From NCBI GenBank assembly GCA_964106645.2, contig OZ067046.1: a DNA stretch of 64,000 nt. One strand, written 5' to 3'. This document shows, in pieces, positions 53,468 to 64,000 of this stretch. The notes beneath the pieces were generated by a model. The model ran no database searches. It was given only the letters and a program-made list of their open reading frames with translations, and had not been told where the DNA came from. Each line of letters begins with the position of its first letter. Position 1 is the stretch's first letter. A program made the translations under genes and the position numbers. This DNA comes from Podarcis pityusensis. Taxonomy: Eukaryota.

Positions 53468-56400
53468 TGGCACCGGAACTCAGTTCTGGCACCTCTCAGG
53501 TGAGCACCATTGCCATTATCAGAGAAAAAGAGAGGTGTTTAAAGCAACAGCTTATTCTGAGTTCCAGCACCTCTTTTTCTAGAAAAATAAAACTGGCCCT
53601 ACCAACATTGCCAGTATGTGGCCCCTGACAGATTATCCCTGAGAAAATGTAGTCTTTGGGAGAATGTAGACTTTGAGAGAAATAAGATTTGCCCATTCCT
53701 AAACTAAAATATGCCCATAGATTTGCAGAGCAAACATTGGTGGAGCTGAGTTTACTTCCAGGGTAAGCATGCAAGGAAAAAGGTTGATCCTCTGTTATTG
53801 GCAGAACCACTGAGCCCCCCCACCCCACCCCATGACAACAATAAAATGCAATTGAAGAGATTTATTTTAACAAACAAAGGTATTTTCACCACCATTGCTG
53901 GGCCATCTCTCTTTGAAAGAGGAAGGAGATTTAAAGTGTACCATCATCCCACTAACCAATCATGCTATTCTTCTCATAGCTGTCCTCTCAGGGACAAGGG
54001 AAGCTTAGAGATCCCAGAGAAAATCACATAACAAGATGTCTTGCTTCCTTATATTCTCATATTCTGTCTTTGGAATCAGGGCTGGGTTGAGAGACAAGAG
54101 TCTGTGGTGGTGGAATCAGGGCAACAATGCAGAGGAAGGGAAGATTCATCACCACCCCTCAACTGCTCATCCTTTTGTTCTGCAAACCCATCCTCAACCC
54201 CCCACTTTATACAGAAATGGAGAAGGCACATGAACAACAACCATTGCTGCTCCTGCCATCTCTAGTGGGGCCCTGAATTAAGAGAATAGATGGAATAGAT
54301 GTACCACTTCATGACAGCCCTTGACTAATTAGTGCAGACAAGCTTTGCAAGAGCAGATATATTATGGAAATTTGATAAATTTTCAGGAGAGCATGCCAGC
54401 TGACAGCAACAACTTGCCTTTTATAAAACCCTGATGTGCCATATTTCAGCCACCATGATTCCTAAGCCTTCTGTTATGGGGGGGGGGGGGGGAGAACAAT
54501 ACCTTCCAAAGATAAAACTTATAATTTCCACTTTCTGTTAAGCTTAGGCTGCATAAATACCATTCATATAAAACCCATTATTCCCCACCCCACAAAGAAT
54601 CTTGGGAACTCTAGTTTGTTAAAGTTGCTGGGAATTGTGAAGAGTAGACTACAGTTCCCAGGCTTCTTTCGGTGTGTGTGTGTGCTTTAAATGGATGAGC
54701 CTGGATTCAACGTTCTCTAACTGCCAGTGCAAAGGCTGTTGTGAAGTGTAAGGGCAAAAATAAAGGTTATGCAATATGAAAAGCAGCACAGCAGTTCTGC
54801 TGGTGGAAGCTTGTTGCACAACCGTTTGTGCAACAAGAAGTATCAGGACTACAGCAATCTGAAGGGCAACCAGCCATGAGAACAATGCTGGCTTCCTGTG
54901 CTTTCTCATAAACAAGGCATTCCGCCAGGACAACGAATACACTACTACATGACTGTAAATGAGTGTGACATTAAATTCTTCTATGTTGTTTTAAAAGTGC
55001 TTTAAATGTATGGTGTGTGCACAGATATATCAGGGAGACTTCAAGCACATGCTTAGCTTCTTACACTTCTCATTTCCCCTGCAGATGTTATTAAGAAATG
55101 TGGTCCAGGATCAACCCATCACTTGTGTTACACCATTTTATTCCTGGGTTGTCTTCTCAGTAAGCATTTTTGAATTGCAGCTTTACTATTCAGGATTTTT
55201 TCAATCTTCTCTAATATAGCATGATTTGCTTTCTTATGCTGTCTGTTCATTGTCAATTCAAATCAAAGATAGGGTAAATATTTTATGAGATACAGAGAAA
55301 GGCCCACCTCCAATGGATGACTTTGGCATGAAATTAAATGATTTTCACATTCTTTCCACTCTTACCATTTTCTGTGATTTTCTTAATATAGCTTTGAATA
55401 TTGACAAGAGTGTTGTTGTGATTGTTTCTTTTAAAAGTATATAGCCTTTTCCTCCATCCAAAATAGTTTAGCCCAATTTGTCAATTCTCATCAGATTCTC
55501 AGCGGGAAGCTTCCTTGCATAAATTGATTCTATTCCGGCTATTTTTAGTTTATTGTGTAGAGAAGCGATCGTATTTTTTTACCATCTATTTTGCATCTTG
55601 AAAAATCCCCCCACCCCCCGGCAACCTTGTTGTGAAAAATCTTTTAATTAAACTGTATTGTTCATCATCTGCCCCCTTTTTGTATTACTCTTTAAAATAA
55701 ACTGGAGAGCGTAGATCAGTGTTTTACATAGATTCAATGCTGGAGAAGGTATGATGTGGTATGATATGATTCAATGAATAAAGCAATACAATGGGACCAC
55801 AAGAAAAATGATGCAATATATAGCTTCTGGCTGAGATGAGCACTTTGTGTTCCACTTGATAATCTCATTGGATTGCATTATAGTATTGCACAGAACAGTG
55901 TAGGATTAGATTGCTTATTAGGATTATACTACAGTAATGGTGCAGAAAACGATGTCGATCCCATTGTAAACGGCAGTGTTTGAGAGCGCCAATACAGATT
56001 GCCACCATTTGTTTATAATAAAGTCTCTCCCAAGGCTTTTTCGGGAGCACAACCATGACATTGCAAATGCAATGGGCCAGTTCCAACAAAGACATGTTGG
56101 TTTCTTGATTGCCTGCATCCAAACTAATGGACAAAAAATGTACATGGGTATAAAATGGGAATGGCATACTGAAGGGAATGGGGCAATGGTGGGTGTCACA
56201 ACCAGAGCCGCAAAGGAGCTAACAGCAATAGAAGGAGTTTGCAAATGGCAGCATGTTAGCAGATGGGTTACAAATAAAGCTGCAGAAGTGCAGCAAGAGT
56301 GAGATCTTTATGGCTGCTTTAGCAGATTCCCATCCAGGCCTAGATTTTTTTTTGTGAGGGAGGGGTCTGAACTGGGCTGACACAGCTGAAGATAATCTCT

Positions 56401-56869
56401 GCCCCCCCTTGCTCCTTGTATCTCATTTCTTCAGTGTCAAACTGCAAGGAAACATACTATTGGGAGATACCTTGTAGATGTCTTGAATGGTCACTGAAGC
56501 GATGAATGAATGTCGGAATGAAAGCACTTAAAAATATTATGGGTATATATAATACATTGTTTAAACCTCATGTGTTATTCATGTGTAATTGTCGTAGTAA
56601 ATATCCACAGGGTTGATACGCATGGAAAGGATGGCAGCATTTATGCCTAGAATCAGTCAGAACAGGGCTTTAGGCAGCTGATCATGCAGGGACTGAAAGA
56701 CCTAGGATTGCAACCAGTATTAGATGGAGTACTGGGCCAGTATGGTAAATCTGCAGGAAGTCAGGGGCAACCCAGAGGCTGAGCTGAAAAGCCTACCTAG
56801 AAGGATACTAGAACAAGGATAGGCTGGTTACTTACATATCACCATAAAAAAGAAAATGCATCATCCTGC

Positions 56870-57783
56870 TTCAGGCACCGAAACTGCTCTGGTTTGTCAG
56901 GAGAGAGATAAATAAGTTCAACCCTGCACAAAGTCCTTGATCTCTTAGTGACTTTTGCTACTATTTGGCATGATATCGTTCTGGACCAGTTCCAGGAGGT
57001 GATGATTGGGCCACTGTATTACAGTGGCCCTGTTCCTGCTTTCGAGGTTGTTTTCAGAAAGCAGTTATGGGGGGCTATTGCATCTTGTCTCTCATGCTAT
57101 TGAACATCTATTTGAAGCCGATGGAAGCTATTGCCAAGAGATGTGGAGTGAGGTGTTATCCATCTGCAGGTGCCCCGTTTTCTCTCTCCATTCCATCTCA
57201 ATCAGGAGAGGCAGCTCAGATGCCAGAATGGTTCTTGGAAGCAGTGATCGGCTGGATCCTGAGAAGACAGAAATGTTATGTGTTCTCCAGTCCCGGAGGT
57301 GGGGAGGTGGCCTGTTCTGAACAGACTTGCACTCCCCTGGAAGGTCTGTAGGCTGTGGTACTCCTGGATTCAACATTGCCACTGGAAGATCAGGTGGCCT
57401 CAGTGGCTAGGAGTGCCCATTCCCAACTATGCAGTTGGTTTACCAACTACATATAGCTCCTTTTGGACAGATGTGATTTTGCCTCCATGCTCTGATACCT
57501 TTCAGATTGGATTGTTGTAACATGTTCTGTGTGAAGCTGCCCTGGAAGATGTCTCAGAAACTTCTTCAACTGGTCTAAAATGCATTTGCCAGACTTCTAG
57601 CTGGGTTTACATTTAGAGCTCACATAATGGTCATTATACTCATTATGGTATTTCTCACATAGGACAGAGTGGGGTGTTTGGAAAGGAGCTTTGTGCTGCT
57701 TTTGCCCGTCTTCTGTTTTATGGCTGAATTGGAGGCCTGTGGGCAGAAAAGCAGGCAGAAATGGAATACTAATATAAATAAAT
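56870..57783 (+). mobile_element. Old, degenerate L2 LINE
   Basis: Remnants ggcaccgaaactgctctgg (GTETAL), LLNIYLKP, LDPEKTE and gattggattgttgtaac (LDYCN), ending in an AATAAAT tail. Confidence 0.7.
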
Positions 57784-60700
57784 CACATGGGCCAATTGTA
57801 TTTGGTCTCATTCTGTTGACCTAGGGGTTGAAGGACATGAAATAGGCGAGGTTTTAGCCAACTGCTGGAAAAAGAGTGTGCTAGGTTATCTGAAATTCTG
57901 AAGACACCTGTGTGTCAAAACATCTATTTTGAGCAATCTAAACCCATCACTTAGCCATGCGAATCAGGAGATAAGAAATGTCTTGGTGCCACTCTTGGTG
58001 GCTTGCAGTTGAAGAAGTATAAGAATAAGAAGCAATCTGACAAATCATGGTACTGATTTAAAAGATCCTTTTGAATTTCTTCTCTCCTCACTGAAGTGAG
58101 AGGGAAATGGTTGCAGTGGGATACAGTTCATGACCTTGCAAAACAAAACATGATTGTCCTCCTCATGTACTCTGCTTCCCAGCCTTTGCCAGTGATGCCA
58201 CTTCAGACCTGTATTACCAAGCATATCACAGCATACAGTTCTCATGTATCCTCTTGTGTGAGTTTAGTAGAAAAAATAATTATTACATTATTGATTAAAT
58301 GCTTGGTGATAAACACAAAGGCCATCAAGAAGGCACAAGAGCAAAGAGGAACAGAAATTAATTCGAAAAGTAAAGATGGTAAAGTTAAAGTGTAGGCAAT
58401 CATTACAGAAAAGTCATTTTGCTAACAAGGAAAATATACTTCAAAGGGGTTTGCAGCACAAGGTAATTATTTCCCCTCTAGAATCTGGAGAAGCAGTGAG
58501 TTGAAGGGAGATGAATCTATGTGTGTGTATCCTGTCATGTGTGTGGCATGCACTAACTGCTCAAATCTGGCCATGCAATTCAACATGATTCAGTTCGTAA
58601 GAAAGTGTTGTGCATGAACAGTGAAAGGGAATGCATGTCCAAAGAGAACCATCCCATGTAATTCCAATTCAGCTGCAGGATGGAGACGTAAAAGCCCTAT
58701 CTCATTCATACCCTGAAGTGTAAATGGGGATTGCATATAATGCCTCACTGATTAAGCTGGGTGTGCATAATTGTATGCACTTGTATGAGTGTGAACTCAG
58801 TTCATACAAGAACACCATACACTGTTTCAACCTGTGAATGTCGCCTGATAGATCAGGACCAAGAATTATTTCTCCAGTTCATACCACTATAAACAGTAAT
58901 GGCTTCCCTCAAAGACTCCTCGTATCGGCAGCTTGCTACGTGAACTCATTTCCATGTTATTGGAATCCACATTATAAGCTGCTGTTGCTGTCTGCACGTA
59001 TGAAATGCGCTGAACACTGTATCTCTGTAATAAAAAAACCTTTGAAATGTCCCATATGTAAAATAATATTTTTTTTTTAATTTATGTTTAATTATTAGAG
59101 TACTCCTATCTCATCCTCTTAGTGCAAACCACTTAGAGGTCTAACTATAATCAAATTTTGTTTAATAAATAAATAAATAAATAAACTCCTCAAGCACATT
59201 TTCCCTCCCCCCGCATGGCATTTTCCCCCCCATGGCATTTGGGGCATGATGAATCTTCAATAATTGCAAACAAACAAAGTCAAATTCTCATTCTGTTTTC
59301 CCAAGTACACTGTCAATAGGAAATACATGGTTCTGTTTGTGAAATAAACAACGCAAATGCAATTCCATGATAAGCAAGACTGAATCAGTGTCAGTTGACA
59401 AAGCTTTGTAACTTGATTCTCCTCCAGGGGCCTCAAACAACTGTAATCTTAATTAAGACACTGTACCCTCAATGTTCAGATACACAAACCCCATTTCTTT
59501 GCTCTTCACTATGGCAGTCTTGGCTGGATAAATTTCATCTCCGTTGTGTGATAGCTATTTCTTTATTTGGGTGGCTGAAATTACAGACCTCAAGAAGACA
59601 GTGCAAGTCAAAGCTTTCTTCCAAGCAGTGTCTCACTTGCTCTCGTTACCAAACTTAGGTGTGGAGATTCAATGTGAGGAAAACAATGTGGGCTGTTTGC
59701 TTTATGGTGATTTTAATTGCTAGGATCTTACCGCAGAAAGATATTTTTGTGGATTTGGGGGAAAGATAGGGCTCTTGCATTCCAGATTATATGGTTGGAA
59801 GCAACACTAAATAGAGACATTAAAACTGTATGGTAAACTTTGAGATTATAGGTTGTAATCCATGACAGAGGGCTAGGGCTGAGCACTGGATTTGGCTGAA
59901 CCCCAAAGCCTAAACTGAATTGGGTGATGAGAAGGGATCTGGGCTTTTCCTGAGTCGTGGAAACAGCCCTGGATTGCTCTAGGTTGGGCTAGGTGTCCCG
60001 AGCGATCCAGGACTGTCAGTGGGAAGGAAAGGAAGCTAGTTCAAACCGTTGCAGACCAGGGACACAGGGTTCTTCCTATGATCAACTTCAAGGAAGGGGA
60101 GCAAATTAGAAAATGCCCACCCACCCACATCACCACAACAGAACACTGGGTGTGGCCTGGCCCATAAAACCCTCCTGAGTGGGTCTCTAGCCTTTGTCCC
60201 AGGAAGACTGCAAGTGCTATCTGCATGTATACTTGGCTGCTGTGTTTTGCACCTTCTATTTGCAAGTGTTGTGCTTAGGCTGCGAGGAGCCTAAGGGGAT
60301 TCAAAGCCCTTACCTGAGAGATGCCCGTCAGCTGCAGGGCAGCATGTTGCCATCTTGCTTTTTCAGTGTATGGTGATGGAGGGTTTTGTGCTGGGGGGGG
60401 GCGTGTCTCTATCACTGTGAGTTCCCTGGCTACCTCTGGGTGTGAATAACCTGTAGGTGTCATCTCGGACACAGTACGTGATTGGTGGGTGCTGGTAGCA
60501 TTTCCACAGATGCTGTATCTGAATTTTTTATACTATTTTGTATGTTCTGGTTCCGTACTTGATCCTTCCCTTCCCAGGCTGAGCATCTAACTAGTGTAGT
60601 AACTGCAAGACTCCATCCCCGGTGTAATGAGTATGTAGGACTGCACTGTAAGTGACCTTATAGATAGGACAGAACTCTTTAGCCCTGGGCTTCTTCAAAG

Positions 60701-60821
60701 TCCATTGCACTGAACCAGTCCCCATCCACTATGTTTGGCAGCACGCTTGGCTCATGCTGAAACACATGGTGCAATTTTTAAATAAATGATCTGATTTTGC
60801 AAAACTAGTAATTCTCTGATC

Positions 60822-60827
60822 TTTATT
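60822..60827 (-). terminator. Candidate GLRB poly(A) signal AATAAA
   Basis: TTTATT on the + strand about 560 nt downstream of the GLRB stop. A more proximal hexamer lies at 61356-61361. Which one is used cannot be determined from sequence. Confidence 0.4.
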
Positions 60828-61383
60828 TTTCCACATAGACAAGATCAGCTTAAGATATACTTGGCCCACTTACAAAGTCTACATGATTTGAATTACAACA
60901 TCAGCTTGTTCTTCCACAGTGCCATTTAACTTTATACAAGAACAAGATGGGTCTTGGCTTTGAGAGTCATAAGGAGAACTTTTAAATACTACATATACTA
61001 GAATATTGATCTTACTGGTAATCAGCGTGCACATCGGTTTCATTATCAGAAACACTTTGACTCTTGGTTATGTTCATAGGGAGTGTTGTCCAGCTTCAAT
61101 AATGTAGTATGCGTTGTCCTTCGTATATTCCTAAAGCAGGATGTACGCTGTACATTTATATACAACAGTTGGTTCAAGCACAGACATTGCGGTGTCATGC
61201 TTTCATTCAAAACCAGGATGCCCCTTTCTCTCCCCCCCCCCCAATTACAGTCACATAGGGCATCTAATATGCAATATATTGCTTTGCAAATGCAAAATAA
61301 TTGTTGCAGACCGGCCTTCATGATGGAATGGAATGGCATATATTGCACACACTTCTTTATTCCTCCAAAAATAAAAAGGTCTA

Positions 61384-61680
<297 letters not shown>

Positions 61681-62890
61681 CTAGGAAAACAAACAAACAG
61701 CATTTCAGAAGCCATGAATTACTCTAGCAAGCACATAACCACGTTAGCTAACCTATTCTATATGGGTTGGGCTGCAACTTGAGACTCATGACTAAGGCTG
61801 CAGTCCTAACCCCTTACCTGGGAGTAAAGCCCACTGAATTCTTCTGAGTAGATGTGGTTAGGACTGCACTGTAATTTTAGCTGGGGGCCTACATCAACTA
61901 GACTCTGCAGCTATTCCAGTTGTTTCTTTGCTCTGTTAATTACATGCAAGTAAGATATACCAAACTGCCAGATTTTCATGCTGCTGTTCCAATTGTGTTA
62001 TTTGTGTATTGATTTTAATTGTTTTACTGTATATCTTGCTTAATCTGCAATTGGATTTTTAAACCACTCTGGCATAAATATGAAGACAGCTGGACTATAT
62101 ATCTATATGCCTTAAAAACGCAAATAAACATCTACCTGGCTCAATTCAGATTCCATCCATCAAAGTTTTCATGCTGAACACATTTTGTCATTATCAAAGA
62201 GTCAGAGTTCTGGGACCATAATGGTAATTTATTTAAAATCTATGCTAATAAAATCCTAAACAATCTGCTCAAAGGCAAATTATGTTTATCCATCTGAACA
62301 GAAGTTGGGTGGGGGTGTCCTTTTTAAAAAATAAATGCATTGTGAGGAATTTCAGAAAATATTCATGATGACAAACCGCACAAGTGAAGAAAGAAAGAAA
62401 ACATGGGCAATTTTTTTGTGATTGGATAATACTATGAAGGGACATATGAATGGACAATGCTAGCCAAAATTGTGACTGCTGATTTGTATCAGAAGCAAGG
62501 GACAGGAGATTTCTCGTTAGAGGTTATAAAAGATACACAAGCAATATACATATTTCTCTTTCAGGAGTGATTGCCTACATTTTCATCACCTTCAGAAATA
62601 TATTCATCACATACATGATGCCAAAGTCATTATTTTAAGCCAATGCATATTGGATGGGGGTGCAGTATCTTTAAACGGGCAGGATGAAAATGTGATATTT
62701 CAAAACTTGAGGGACTGGGCAACCCAAAGCAATAATCAACTTCCCTACAAGGAAAGACTGAAATATTTGGCCCTTAAAAAAACCACACCCTCTCATATTA
62801 ATTTTTTGCATTACCTTCAGAAATAGTGAGAGAAAAATGAATGTATGCCTTTAAAGGAAGTGTAAAAAGGGACCTTCTTTGAAACAACAA

Positions 62891-63010
62891 TAGAATCAGG
62901 TAATTCATAGAACTGGAAGGGACCGTGAGGATCATCTAGTCCAACTCCCTGCAATGCAGGAATCGTTCACCCAACATGGGGCTTGAACCCACAACTCTGA
63001 CAGAGCTAGC
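62891..63010 (-). mobile_element. tRNA-Lys-type CR1-tailed SINE, internally deleted
   Basis: Reverse-complement similarity to the 46063 element (catctagtccaac..cctgcaatgcaggaatc..cccaacatggggcttgaacccac). Confidence 0.65.
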
Positions 63011-63255
63011 ACTGTCATACGTATGTTCAAAAGCACAAACCGAAAAAGGATAATGTTAGAGCTGTGGGATCAACTGGAAGAGACCACAGTGGCACCATAT
63101 GAATGGACAGCTTATAGACATAGACTTTCTTGGATAAGTACAATGATATTTTGAATGGGTTTACACAGAATATATTAGGTTATTGAAAAGTATATGTATA
63201 TTAGGATAATGAGAATATGCATTTCTGTATATTAATGTATGGTAAGGTAACAGTA

Positions 63256-63598
63256 GGGATGCGGGTGGCACTGTGGGTTAAACCACAGAGCCTAGTACTG
63301 GCCAATCAAAAGGTTGTGGTTCGAATCCCCGCAACTGGGTGAGCTCCCGTTGCTCGGTCCCAGCTCCTGCCAACCTAGCAGTTTGAAAGCACATCAAAGT
63401 GCAAGTAGATAAATAGGTACCGCTCCGGTGGGAAGGTAAACAGCATTTCCGTGTGCTGCTCTGGTTCGCCAGAAGTGGCTTAGTCATGCTGGCCACATGT
63501 ACGCCGGCTCCCTTGGCCAATAAAGCGAGATGAGCGCCGCAACCCCAGAGTCGGCCACGACTGGACGTAATGGTCAGGGGTCCCTTTACCTTTACCTT
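63256..63598 (+). mobile_element. Full-length Sauria SINE in the last GLRB intron
   Basis: Head, B box and (ACCTTT)n tail, with a 13-bp TSD TAAGGTAACAGTA (63243-55 / 63599-611). Confidence 0.93.
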
Positions 63599-64000
63599 TA
63601 AGGTAACAGTATTGTTTCTTTTTTCAATCTCATTCCCTTTTACTTGCTTTCTTTTTTCTCATTCTATCTTCTTATAAATGAAACGTTATTGATAAAATAT
63701 TATTTTTTTAAAAAAACTGGAAGAGACTACAATAATTTCATACAATTTTAACTAAGGGACTCCTTTCACTGATTGGCACAGGAGAATGGTATGTGTGAAT
63801 ACTCAAATTGAACTGAACTATTAAGCGCTCACACCCCCCCCCCCCGCTTCACTAAGAAACATAGCCTACTATGTATGTGCAAAAGGAATTTGTTCTAAAT
63901 GATGATGATGCCGCAAAGAGTCACTAGAGGGTGCAAGATGGTAATTTGTTTCTTGGTAGGCAGGTTCTGGCACCAGGGAACAAACTCTGCTGTGTTTTCC

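Overview
Vertebrate genomic DNA, most likely from a lacertid lizard (inferred from Sauria SINEs, young L2/CR1 LINEs and a squamate BovB tail). The minus strand carries the first five coding exons of the AMPA receptor subunit GRIA2 (GluA2): 50250-50337, 49424-49564, 13196-13435, 3323-3519 and 427-480. All have canonical GT-AG junctions and splice in frame, and the gene continues past position 1. The CpG-island promoter contains a perfect 21-bp RE1/NRSE, an NRF1-like site, a GU-rich 5'UTR tract and upstream ATGs. About 10.5 kb upstream on the same strand is the last coding exon of GLRB (glycine receptor beta, 61384-61680), with its gephyrin-binding motif; GLRB-GRIA2 tandem synteny is also seen in mammals. 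The rest is intronic or intergenic DNA rich in transposons: a nested CR1>L2>inverted-L2 cluster, Sauria SINEs, tRNA-headed SINEs with CR1 tails, solo LTRs, Tc1/mariner, hAT-like and Harbinger-like MITEs and an L1 fragment, plus a 197-N gap. The most notable observations are two closely spaced inverted-repeat pairs that could fold into long dsRNA in the GRIA2 pre-mRNA, and an exon-1 read-through ORF followed by an intronic AATAAA. I found no clearly novel gene system; most ORFs in the track are spurious or derived from transposons.
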